Below, piece after piece: positions 1 to 22,380 of a DNA stretch of 64,000 nt. Numbering within the stretch: the first letter of the stretch is position 1; each line of letters begins with the position of its first letter. The notes under the pieces were generated by a model that saw only the letters and a program-made list of their open reading frames with translations, had not been told where the DNA came from and made no database searches. Both the position numbers and the translations under genes were made by a program. The stretch covers positions 310,001 through 374,000 of the forward strand of contig NC_134035.1 in assembly GCF_964204645.1 (NCBI RefSeq). The letters run 5' to 3'. Source of the stretch: Tubulanus polymorphus. Taxonomy: Eukaryota > Animalia > Nemertea.

Positions 1-120
1 TGCTTTCCTTAATTCATTTTCACTTCAGCAATCCTAAATAATTCTACATTTTCAGAGGCATCAAATAATGTATACATAGGAAGTTTTCTTATCAATTGCA
101 TTGATTGTTGTTTTATTTAG

Positions 121-10224
<10,104 letters not shown>

Positions 10225-10470
10225 TATACCCGGACATACCCAGACAACAACCGTGGTATACATGTACTTCATAGAACAGTGGACTCTGCTTACCATGGCG
10301 CTGATTGCCTCAGATTATTATCACATTCACTGGATAAAAATGTTATTCAACGATTCATGTGATGTAACGACCCAACGCTGCTCCAACTGTCCTGGAATTC
10401 GCTCGCCTAGGATGAAATTGATTCGGTCTGGAGATATCCGAGGCAAGCAGAGTCTATTGTATACACAGAT

Positions 10471-10780
10471 ATACCCAGACAACAACCACGGTATACTTCA
10501 TAGTATGTCTAGATATACCCAGACAACATCCATGGTATACTTCTTAGCATGTCTAGATATACCCAGACAACAACCACGGTATACTTCATAGCATGTCTTG
10601 GTATACCCAGACAACATCCATGGTATACTTCATAGCATGTCTTGGTATACCCAGACAACATCCATGGTATACTTCATAGCATGTCTTGGTATACCCAGAC
10701 AACAACCGCGGTATACTTCATAGCATGTCTAGATATACCCAAACAACAACCACGGTATACTTCAACCACGGTATACTTCT
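10471..10780 (+). repeat. 44-bp minisatellite (~6.7 copies) in the vinculin 3'UTR, homologous to the vinculin stop-codon region
   Basis: Unit atacccagacaacaaccacggtatacttcatagcatgtctagat, with copies starting at 10471, 10515, 10559, 10603, 10647, 10691 and 10735. Confidence 0.9.
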
Positions 10781-11249
10781 TAATGAAGATTGACTTAATC
10801 CTATAATGTAATGCTATATGATTGAATACAGAGAGTAAGATTATTATAAATATCTATTGTTTGTTCAAGTAACAGTTTTTTTAACGATATTTAGTGATAA
10901 TGAATTAAATTGCCAGAATTTTCTTTACGTTGACAAGTGCAATTTACAATACTTTATGATTGTACAGTATTTTTACAATTTTCTTATCGATGAAAAGCAA
11001 CTTCATGATAAATGAAGACATGTCTAATGTCTAATGTCCGAATGTCCTATATCTTACGAAAACTGCTTGTTCAGTTGTCATACAACTTGTCGTATTATGC
11101 ATCGGTGTTGTCTTGCTGGGCGTTCGATAACTCAGTTACCACGGTGATAACTACCACTAATGATAATCAAATCTCCTCGAGATCCTTAGATTTGATGAAC
11201 AACATGTACCCAGTATATGTTATGGGGAAGGTTATTGTCTTCCAGTTAT

Positions 11250-11389
11250 CAGGGGCGGATCCAGAGGCCAATTTTGAAGCACTTGTCACATCAGCACTAC
11301 TTCAGCACTACCGCATTGAAATGCACCAATTTTCTTTGTAAACAAAATGAAAACTGGTCAGTCCAGTGAGTTATCTGAATCTGCCTCTG
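11250..11389. mobile_element. Short non-autonomous TIR element (CAGGGGCGGATCCAG-type)
   Basis: CAGGGGCGGATCCAGA...TCTGAATCTGCCTCTG imperfect TIRs; no clear TSD. Confidence 0.45.
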
Positions 11390-11626
11390 ACCCTGTTTAT
11401 AAGAGTTATTTCACACACTAAGAACAAGCAAAGTTATTGATATTCGCGCATGAACTGGTATATACATATAAACGTAATAATATGATAATAGTTTAGTTAG
11501 ATCAGTGAATATTAGAATCACCGATTGACGATGATAAATGTGTTAATAGACCGATAGTGCCTGAACTGTAAACCTGGTTTTTTAAGTACATGTAGATTGT
11601 GAGACTAGTATAAATCATTGAATTCG

Positions 11627-11965
11627 AGGCACCTGCTCCCCAGTCAGGGCACCTGCCCAGTCAGGGTACCTACCCAGTCAGGGCACCTGCCCTGTCAGGG
11701 CACCTGCCCAGTCAGGGCACCTACCCAGTTGGGACACCTGCCCAGTCAGGGCACCTGCCCAGTTGGGACACCTGCCCAGTCAGGGCACCTGCCCAGTTGG
11801 GACACCTGCCCAGTCAGGGCACCTGCCCAGTTGGGACACCTACCCAGTGGGACACCTGCCCAACCGGGGCACCTATCCAGTTGGGACACCTGCCTAGTCA
11901 GGGCACCTGCCCAGTTGGGACACCTGCCCAGTCAGGGCACCTGCCCAGTTGGGACACCGGCCAGT
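11627..11965. repeat. GC-rich 17-18 bp minisatellite (gggcacctgcccagtca / gggacacctgcccagtt), ~19 copies
   Basis: Direct inspection; explains the spurious repetitive ORFs 11618-12052 and 11797-12009. Confidence 0.92.
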
Positions 11966-12195
11966 TTAGATTATACGGATACATATATTATTATATTAAT
12001 ATTATTTAACTGGTGCTTATTATTTAGAATCTCTTTCGATGCAACATTTTAGTTTTAGTAAATCATTGATGATAAGATGTTGTCGGTCAATATGTCTGCT
12101 GCTGTTTGGGGAGCAAAGCAATTATTGTTTAAGCTACTGAAAATAACAGGACTTTTCTTCATAGAATTATGGCTCTCTCAGAATTAGTAGTCCTG

Positions 12196-12350
12196 GGCCC
12201 GGTTTCATAGACTGAGTATCAAAAGTTATCCCTAGGCACCTCAATCTGGGTGACAACCACCATAGTAACAATGAGAAACCATGGTTATAACTGACATATT
12301 TCAAAATGTTTCCAGGGACTATTTTTCTTGCATATCTATGAAACCCAGCC
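12196..12350. mobile_element. Palindromic MITE, Harbinger-like
   Basis: GGCCCGGTTTCATAG...CTATGAAACCCAGCC flanked by CTG/CAG. Confidence 0.6.
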
Positions 12351-12721
12351 CAGAATGGTATCTGAATCGTGATTGATTGATTAAATCAGTTTGAGGCTGG
12401 TGTTGATATATTGAGTGTTTCTGATTGAAGGACTCGCTGATGTTCTTATGACATATTATCCGTAGAAAACTGTTTGTATGCAGTCAACAAGTGAAATCAG
12501 TTTGTTATATATATATAGGGAGCCATCTTTCTGAAGAAGGGTTGCATTATAATCTGTTTAGATGCCAGATAAGATTTGAGTTTCTAAATGATTCAGGTTG
12601 AATTGTAAGTTGTCTCCAGTTTTAAAGGTGCTATTTCTTCATTAGTATTGCGTAATTACACTCACTACTATAAATATGCATGACGACGGTTGCCTTAGTT
12701 GCATCAAATATTACTATATAC

Positions 12722-12791
12722 AATAAAATACGTTTCTTCTATTCATTTTACGTATCGAATTATGATCTTCAATTTATTTTTGTGGTTTTGG
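12722..12791 (+). terminator. Probable vinculin polyadenylation signal (AATAAA plus downstream U/GU-rich element)
   Basis: AATAAA at 12722-12727 followed by ttttgtggttttgg at ~12777-12791; implies a ~2.5-kb 3'UTR. Confidence 0.45.
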
Positions 12792-13149
12792 AATGGACAC
12801 AGTTGTGGATAGCGCGGCATTTCATGAATTGGCTTTGCGTGGGCAAGGATTGGCAGCAAGGAATTATTTATGGTCCTTGCATTTCTTCATCGCACGGAAC
12901 TGAGTAGAAAAGATTGGATAAGATCTAACTTTATTCTCCTGACCAACAAGGAGGTCTAAAATGATTGAAAAATTCAATAGGAAAGATTCAATATAGAAAA
13001 GGTGAGTGAACTCAAGAAACTCATGCGCCATCTATCAGTTTCCTCAGTCTACAGACTTCATTGGACCGGGTGCCGGTCTCTACCGTCACTTAGTTCTGAC
13101 TGCAAATGGCAGGTGGCGCACAATTCGACAATTGAATGTATGTCCCTGC

Positions 13150-13499
13150 TTTCAAGATGGCGGCCGTTACAAGCACGATTCCACTTTTACATAATTAGAA
13201 GCCTCTCTTCACGAAGAAACCACCCAGAACAATCCTAAAACATTTCAAGACGAATGCACCGTTTGTTTAGTTTGTTCTAAATCAAACAACGAAAGCGTAG
13301 GATCGGTAGCTGCTCAGAGCGCTTACGAAACTCGCTGCACCTCGGTGTGTGCATTCTACAGTAGCTGTACCCGGAGCGTAGCGCGTGTGAAGCTGCGCAT
13401 TCTACAGTATCAGCTGTCAAAACAAATCGAATTTGAGAGGAGACGTAAAAAATAAATAACTCACAGATCTGCGCGACTGTTAATCAGTTAATCGAAGGA
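13150..13499 (+). promoter_or_regulatory. Putative TATA-less housekeeping promoter / 5'UTR of Ric-8 with a YY1-type motif
   Basis: AAGATGGCGGC at 13154-13164, CpG enrichment, and duplicated GCATTCTACAGTA (13351, 13397), immediately upstream of ATG 13500. Confidence 0.45.
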
Positions 13500-16400
13500 A
13501 TGGATGAGGAAAGTTTATCAGGTTTAGTCGAGGCACCAGAAAATGAAGTGTGTTCTCGATTAAAACAGTTTATATCGAAGGTAAGAACTTCTTCAGAAGA
13601 GTTTTTAAACGGAAGAAATCGAAGAACGACCCCATCAATCATCCCTGTCAGTCTAACTTGTCTTTAAAATGCCATATTCTCTATGATTAACTGTTTTTTA
13701 TGTTTAAAGCACGCAAAGACTTTCACATTCCCAGATATGAGCAGGGATTCAAAAGAGGTATGTTTGTATCTATAATTTGTAGGTACGTTTTTTTTTAGAA
13801 AAATAATATAGATTTTTCATCCCTTGTTAACCCGGTGATGCGAGGTATTATAAGGTTAGCAAATTCATCTGAAGAAGTCTCACTCTTAATTCTACCGATG
13901 ATAGGATCAATAGGAGACGGAGACTGAAACCACACCCTTCCTCATTCTCCGTAAAACTTTCTATATTTACAGAGATTTTTCTCAGCTCTCGCGGCTCTCC
14001 TCAGCGGCTCTCATTCTAACAGCTGTTACGCTCTATGTCTGGAATGTATACGTATCATCAGCCGAGATAAAACCGATCTGGATCGCCTAGCAACCGATCA
14101 CATTCTAGATTTATTACTCGAGCATTCAGCGATTTCGTGTTACGCTTCGGAGGAAGTCGACGGAGCGAAATTAGAAAACGCCGATCAATCAGGTATTTTT
14201 GATTCGCTATAACTTCAAATCTTAACTGCCAACTATAGTTCCGGGTCTTGATTCAAAATTAAAATTCACATTAACTTTGGATCTGTGTCTCGAGTCAAAG
14301 TAAACTCAGTAATGTGGACCCTAGAATCAGTTGAACAGTTCACAGGCACTTGACACAAAAAGGATTTTGACCCCAGTATCCTAGGTACTATATATAAAAA
14401 GTCTTTATATAGTACCTGGATACTGGGGTCAAAATCTTTTTGTGTCAAGTCCCTGTGGAACAGTTGGTTAAGAGTTAGAAGTGACCCGGAAACAAAATTA
14501 ACTTATTCGACTCCTAAAGAATTGACCTCACTGAACCTAGTGGTTGATGATGATATTTATTGTTATTGATATTTTCAGTAATGATTGAAGCTCAAAATGG
14601 ATTGTGTAATATAATCTATAATTCGCGTAAAGCTCAGCGTTATTGCAGTCAGAGTAAATGTATTAACGGAATTGTACAACGTTTAAAAACTTACAAAGAT
14701 CCGGACGTGAAATGGGAAATAAAGGTAAGCTAACTGTAAGCCTAGTCTCGGTAATCACCTACATTTTACTCGATTCTGATTTTGTTTTTTTTTTTTTAAT
14801 CTTCAGTTCTATGATATGAAGATATTGTTTCTACTGACTGCTCTTTGCGCTGATATCAGGTAAACTATAAACTTAAACAAAATATTTGACTTAAATACTG
14901 AGTAAGAGTTTGCGAAATACAGTAGAATTACTCCAATTTCTCTTACTCATAATCTTTTGCTTTGAAAACTTCTGTATGTGGGGCATTTTTACCTACTTTA
15001 AAGAACTGGGGATTTTTTTACCTACATTCTTAAATCTACCAAGTTTATGATTGAAAGATCTACAGATGATTTCAAAGATGGATGAGCAATTGACTGGTTC
15101 AAATATTTATTTAATTCTATTTTGAAATAATGTTCATTTTCAGACCTAAATTACGTTTTGAGTTGCATGGTTTAACATATTTGATCGAAGTATTAGACTT
15201 GTGCGTTCGTGAAGCTGAAGATCTGATGAAACCGTTGGACGACAAAGACGCAGATTTATGTTCGGAAGTTTTAAAAGTGTTGTTTAATCTGACGCTATCC
15301 GTCGATAAAACTAAACCTAATAAACTCGATACGGTGAGTATTCATCAAACTTAAACTCATTGTTCATTCCTCATCATCCGGGTCATATAGAACTAAGATC
15401 ATCTTAGACTGGTCTCAATTCTAAGCCATGACTGTACAACTGGTCCCTGGGCTTAGTTTAGATTTAGACCTGGAGTCAGTTGCTCAAAAGTTGGTTGAAG
15501 ATAACCATTGGTTAGATAATATAGTAACAATGAACTTTTAATTGTCACTATGTCAACTATCCACTGGTTAACTCTAACCAACCTTTGAGCAACTGGCCCA
15601 AGTCCTGGTTTCATAGCCAATCTAACAACTTAAAACTAGTCTTCAGCTACACAACCACTATTTGACTGGATTCATGACCGTGTACACTGTGTATTCTTCT
15701 AATTGCCAGTTCTGACACCTTCAACTTTTATCGATCAATCACACATTTATATTTGTCTATCTCTAGGAAGAAGAAGCTCATTTCATGCGACTGGTTAGTG
15801 TTTTACATGATTTATTACTCATAGATACAGTTACCGCAGATAAACGCATTGATTTACAGAGGTAACACACACATCAGTTGAATATTCAAATACTCTACAA
15901 CATCGTTGTTTGAGATATTTATACTTCGTCGTTGTATTTTCTAGTCACACGGTGAATTTGTTAACGAACATGCCTCGCGATTGTTACGAGGAATTATTGA
16001 CGGTAGCAAACGAAGGCATCTCTACGGCGACCAACAATAAGGACGTCGAATACGATGGTAAAAACATGGAAGCCGTAATGATTCTGCTGGAATTTCTTTA
16101 TATTCGCGTCGATTGCGTAAGTTCTCAATCACGATATAGAGATTATGTCAAACACTAATTTCTACCAAGTCTACTGGTGCTACTGGTTAAGGCCCTGATC
16201 TCTTCTTACTTTTCACAAAATTGCCGATAAGTCATCTGGAAAATTTCTAGTTATTTACCTGAAGTAGAAGCATCCTATCTGAAATATCAGTGAAGCAAGA
16301 ATTATACTTGTTGGTAAATTGCTATTGCGAGTTGAAGATTGTAATCAGTATTTGTTTGTATTTATTTGTAGCCGAGTTCATCATTGATTGAGAATCTAAC

Positions 16401-18545
16401 TCCGATTCTGCATTGTTTAGCCGAAGCTTGTCGAGCGAATCGTTACATTCGTAAATTCTGTCGTATGAAGGTTTTACCTCCGCTTAGAAGTGAAGTTAAA
16501 GCGTTACCGGAAGAGGGCAGCACTTTACGTAACAAGTAAGAAATTATTCTGAATAAAACGAGTTTCATTTATTACAGTGGACCCCTCGCTTTCCACTGGA
16601 CCCCTCACTTTCCACTGGACCCTTAACTTTCCACTGGACCCCTCACTTTCCACTACTGGATCCCTCAAATTTTCTGACTGCACTTGATATGATGAGTATC
16701 TATCATTGCTCCGATTGCCTCAGATTGGAGTGAATCATGAAGTCTACTGTAGTTTGATGAATCTGTGATCAGTAGAGGCCAGTTTTATTGACTGGTATTA
16801 ACTTGAAACCTGTGGGAATAACTTGAGTTAAAGATAATGCCAGTCTAGAGAACTGGCCCTAAGTGTTTATAGGATATTTATGCATACAACCTGGTCATTG
16901 CTATAGTTTATATTCAGTGATTGAAAGTTGATGGAGTGTTTTTTATTTTTTCACAGATTGTGCCGTCTGTTAACTAGTCCAATCACTGAAGTTAAAGAAT
17001 TCACAGCTGATTTTCTGTTTGTCCTCTGTAAAGAAAGTGGTAAGTGTTTGAGTACAGGTCTGCCTTCAGTCTACTAGACTCAATTCAGCTACAGGCCGAG
17101 CCATCGGATAAATATGTTTGTTTATGTTATGTTGTTTAAGTTAAGCCAGTCAATAAATACCTTGTAAATACTATAACGATACAGTCAGCTATCTGCTAGT
17201 TAACTATAACCAACTTTTGAAGAACTGGCCACTGATTGAATCGGTTTAACTCGGAAATAGCTCTGTGAAGTTAAGCTTACTAAAATAATCTATCGAGTGA
17301 TGTAAATAAAACCTGAATAATTGATGTATATTCTAGTTGCTCGTATGATAAAGTACACTGGTTACGGTAACAGCGCTGGTCTGTTGGCTCGAAAGGGTTT
17401 ATTGTTAGAAGGTTCGTGTAGTAGTAATTTGGCGGAATATTCGAGTGATTCCGAGGAATCGGACACAGAAGAATACGCTCAACTCAGAGACATGTAAGTT
17501 TTATCAGTGGCACTACCTAGTGTCTCTTCATAAACTAACTTAAAAGTGTTATTCATTCTAAACCCAGTTAACGCAGCTACTTTACGAATCTTAAAAGTAC
17601 AGTTAACTCTTGATTTTCTACTATTTTTGGTCCGATCCTTTTAGCAAGCATCAAGCATTAATAATTTTAGCGAAAAACGTAGGATTTTGCAGATAATTGT
17701 TGACCATAGTATTGAAAAAGATTTCATTATGATTAGATTAAGTTTTATAAGTGGAATTACCTAAGTCTCTTTATAAATTAGCTTAAAAGTACAGTTAACT
17801 CTTGATTATCTACAATTCTTTGGTCCGATACTTTCGAGCATTAAAAACTTAGGATTCTGGAGATAGTTAAAGGTTGACCTTAGTAGTGATGATGAATATA
17901 GATGTTGTTTATAGAGAGTACGATGTTGTATTGCAGGGTAAATCCTATAACTGGTCGTTGGGAAACGGATCCTGTGAATCCACTTGAAGGAATGTCTGAT
18001 GAACAGAAAGAATATGAAGCAGTTCAATTGGCGAATATGATGGATAAACTTTGCTCGTTAGTATTATATTCTGTGGATCCAGTCGCACCAATTTTCAGTT
18101 AGAATTTCACTCTGGAAATTTTACCTTAATTTATTTTACCTGAGTAAAACTTGAGAGGGGGGTTTGAACCCCACACTACAGGCCTACAATGGAAGTGGGT
18201 CCTGTAATTGAGAATAACACTGTGCGTCTAGTTTCACTAAAACGATCAGCTCAATTTAAGATAAACTGAATAAATGAAGAAACCTAATTGAACTAATGTA
18301 AGATATTTTTGTGAACCTAGGCCGTCATACGGTGTAATGATGTAACTATACTCTCTGTGTCTACATTCATTGATATATATTTGTGTGTTGTATGTTTTTT
18401 CAGGGGAGGCGTAATACAACCTTGTTGTATCGGTGCAGATGGTAAACCACAACCGATAGAGAGCGTGTTACAACTAACTGAACGTTTCAATCAGCCTCCG
18501 ACACACCCGCATCATCACCAGCAGCAGCAGCAAGATTCCGATTAA
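13500..18545 (+). CDS. RIC8: Ric-8 / synembryin (G-alpha GEF and chaperone), 556 aa. Exons: 13500-13580, 13710-13757, 13973-14192, 14579-14724, 14807-14859, 15144-15333, 15767-15861, 15945-16116, 16372-16535, 16957-17039, 17337-17493, 17937-18056, 18404-18545
   Basis: 13 GT-AG exons sum to 1671 nt in frame. Family motifs: [106 protein letters not shown], acidic CK2-site region [32 protein letters not shown]. Confidence 0.96.
14339..14460. mobile_element. Hairpin MITE with ~55-bp arms in Ric-8 intron 3
   Basis: cacaggcacttgacacaaaaaggattttgaccccagtatcctaggtactatata ... tatatagtacctggatactggggtcaaaatctttttgtgtcaagtccctgtg. Confidence 0.75.
15473..15599. mobile_element. Palindromic MITE (same family as 1198-1328)
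   Basis: CAGTTGCTCAAAAGTTGGTT...AACCAACCTTTGAGCAACTGGCCC. Confidence 0.75.
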
Positions 18546-19254
18546 CCCTTTTAACTCTATCCTAGTTTCCGCTTGTAATAATTAGTAATACATACCGGGT
18601 AATACATACCGGGTATGTACAGTGACACATCAGGCACAAAATATTATTGTTATTGAATTATTGTCGATGTTGATTAATTTTATTAAGAATATCGTTCGAA
18701 TCAAATGAAACTAACATCTAGAAATATCTGGTTGAATTGCGCTGATCGAACTGAAATATCTTGTTGTCTGTATTTTATAATTTCAGGAGGGAGGGGGGTC
18801 GGTTACAACAATGCACTATACTTACGTAGTTCTTAAGAATCCAACAATGAAAGTATAACTTCTCTGGTTTTTTATCGCCATGGCTGAAGAACAATCGTCA
18901 AATATAAAATTGTGTAAAATGTCACCCATAATCGATGCAATCTACTACGTATTAATCAACATGTGAAATACATGTATTTGTATGCAGATAGTCATCCATG
19001 TTACATGTGATTTAAACATGTGGTTTTATCGATGTATGCGTGAGCTTTATAGCTTCTAGTCGTCACTTTGCATTTATAGACTGGATAAGATTCTACTTCA
19101 TGCTTACCGCACGAGAGTCTCCGCATTGTATCTATTGTTTACAATTCACATGTTTATCGAAAATTCTTGAATTACTCCATTCATTTCTTAAATGAAATGT
19201 AAAGAATTTCTTATTACTTTTTTCGATGATATAGACTGAATTTGTTTATTTGTT

Positions 19255-19493
19255 CAGTAGACTTCACTCAGGGACCGTAAAAAATATGTCCGACTTGAGT
19301 GACATCTGAGTTGGTTGTTTTATATTTCTTGTCACTCACAACAAATATTTCCAAAAAACATTCGAGTTGAACGGTTATCTCTGAGTTAAACGGTTATCTC
19401 TGAGTTGAACGGTTATCTCTGAGTTGAACGGTTATCTCTGAGTTGAACAGTTATCTCTGAGTTGATCTGATCTGACCTGAGTGGAGTCTACTG
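19255..19493. mobile_element. pogo/Tigger-like MITE with an internal 19-bp tandem repeat, in the presumed Ric-8 3'UTR
   Basis: CAGTAGACTTCACTCAGG...CCTGAGTGGAGTCTACTG TIRs; ~5 copies of gagttgaacggttatctct. Confidence 0.6.
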
Positions 19494-19724
19494 TATAATG
19501 ATATCAGTACGTCATCGATGTTAATCCACATTAATCCACGCGGGATCCACGTTAATCCACGCGGCCGGATATTCTATAAGTATTTGTAAATTCTTGTTGT
19601 TGATTATTGTTAATAGAGAATCATGAACAAATAGTTCTCATTATTCACATTGAATGCTCTTAATTCACTTTCAAGAAAAAGGTCAACTTCAACGACCAGC
19701 ATGGGCCAGCAAGGGCCGGCTTGG

Positions 19725-19845
19725 GTTGATCAAAAGTTGGTTAGAGTTAAACAGTGGATAGTTGATATGGTGACAATTGTAATTTCATTGTTACTATGGT
19801 ATATAACGGCCGGTTATCTTTAACCAACTTTTGAGCAACTGGCCC
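19725..19845. mobile_element. Palindromic MITE (same family as 1198-1328)
   Basis: TCAAAAGTTGGTTAGAGTTAA...TTAACCAACTTTTGAGCAACTGGCCC followed by CAG. Confidence 0.72.
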
Positions 19846-22380
19846 CAGCTTTACTTATCATCACTTCTTCCAATTTATGATCATCCATACTTCACTGGGA
19901 CGTGCTCTGGACGTTTCAATTATCTTTGAAGTCTAGTTATTTTATGACCACCACTGCATAAAGCCCGGGTGGGTGGATTTGGGAATGATTTTGAAACCTT
20001 CAGCTACATATGTAATTTATTATTATGTTTAAGTAACTGCCTGGAAAGTTTTACAAGAAATCATTTTTATTTTCTTGAATACTCATCATGTCAAATATTA
20101 TATCATAATGAATATTGTGTAAAATATTATATCGCTGTAGGTAAATTGATGTCAGTGTATTGAACATGTACATGTTATACTGAACATGTACATGTTGTAC
20201 TACACATGTACATGTTATAATATGCATGTACATGTAATAAATATTTTAATAGAATATACCGTATTTTGTACCATTTGGAAGAAATCGGGCCATCTTTCGG
20301 GGAGTTCTTTCATCCCTCTCGTGAGATCCATCAAAATGAAATCAGAAACAATTCAGTTTTTTTTTAAACTGTTTCAACTATTTATTTTTAACAGAAATAT
20401 ATGTCATATATATATATATATATATTTATATATAGTCACAAACATTAGATATATCTATTGTAACATATGACAGTAATGTGTGCAACTCCTAAACTGCATA
20501 AACATGAAATAGTTGGCGATGTTGAATGGACAGCGTTGAGTACAGTCCAACTCATACGTCCAGTGTCTATAACAACGACGCATAAATACAACAGAAATTC
20601 AGGGATCTTTCTTTTACTCTCAGCTCTTGTGCGCGAGTTTAGAGTTTTTATAGAATGCATAATTATGTTTTATTTCTATAAAATGTTAGGGGCCAATCAT
20701 GAAGTACGTTCCCGAACCCTTCTCTTCGCGCGTACGCTATTTTAAGCTAGACGGAAGTGGCAGATTTTTTAACATTCCTCGGTGTGAAAGCGGACGCACA
20801 TACTTAACGAACGACCCCTTCGTAATGTTCAAGGTTGTATATTTCGAGGGGGCACGCAGTTTTACCCGGATACACTGCCCCCTAGTGAGTGAATATAAAA
20901 CCGAATGATTTTAGTTTTATTGCTAAATTACATTTCAATGACGGCTCGGTATATTACAAAATATATAGAGACCTCGTGATGTCATAGGGGGATCTCGTGG
21001 AGACAGCCATTTGTCTTCGAAACTAACATCATACTTGTATGTGTGTGTATCAAGCGTTAAAACACCGGGTGAAAATCTTATCACAGATTATTTAAACACT
21101 GAACATACGATTAATTGGTTTATGCGTTATATACAGTGGGGACGAGGGAAGGTGAGAGACAAAGAGGGGACGATTAACTAACAACAATTAAACCAGCATA
21201 CACGATGCCTGTTTTATATTCAAATAGCACATTAAGGTAGGTATGAATGCTCTGAACCGTGTTCAGATAAATTATAAAACAAATTGCGAGTTCTTTGGGC
21301 GCGGTAGGGATCCGATGATTCGGGAATCTGCAGCTATTTGCTTATCGAAATTTCAAATTAGTTAAAATCCTTACGTGGATCTTAGATACAATTAAATCTG
21401 ATGTTTAAATCACACAGTAGAACTACTAACCATAGAGATATAAACAAGGGCTTGCTCACATGAGGGGGGGTGGGGCTGTAAATATACCAGGGATACCCGT
21501 AGGAACTATGCTACCCCTGAACTTATTATTCCCGAGACAATGCCGAATCATTAACATTTCTCTTGATGCGTTCATTTCGCCAAATTTTCATCACTTAAAA
21601 TGTTTTTGATTGGCATTTAGAATTAGGTATTAGAAGTAATTGGTTGATGGATGTAGTGATTCAGTAACTAAATTCGTCTGTCCATTTTAATTGCACAATT
21701 AGACACACTTTAACGACTACACATTTGTATTTCGGCGCCTATCATAATTAATACAAATGTCTTGTTATTTTTCTTTTCGCTATTTACAAATATAATGTTT
21801 TTAACAAATGTATAATTTTACATGTATAATATATATTATATATATATATATATATAGAATATTTTTGTGCTCATGGTTTTTTAATACACACAACCCGCGG
21901 CGATCTCTCTATCAGCTGCCAGACACCAACCACACAGAAACAATACTTACAATTTCCATAAACAACAGACATTAAAACAGTTAAGGGTAAGGATACTTTC
22001 GATAAGATCGCACGGCGCGAGTCGTCCATACGCCGATCAAAACTAACCTCGGATATTGCTTGCTAGAATTCTAGGTGCGAGTACTAACTATCCATCCACT
22101 TAACATCGAAAGAGAAATATAATAATATCGGTCGCGCGTGAAGAGATAAAAGATTCAGACGTCGTCGTCGTTGGAGATTGCGCAATAATGAATATACAGT
22201 AAACAGATGACTAGAGGAGCGGAGACTAGAAATAATTCACGAATAAAGCGCACAATCATTAATTTCTATCAAATGCCGTCGCGTTAAATTAATATTACAC
22301 ACAATGTTTATTTGTGTGTGTGTGTGTGCTGCATGGAAGGGTAAGTCGTCATCGCCCCCGACGATGCGGGTCGACGCGGT

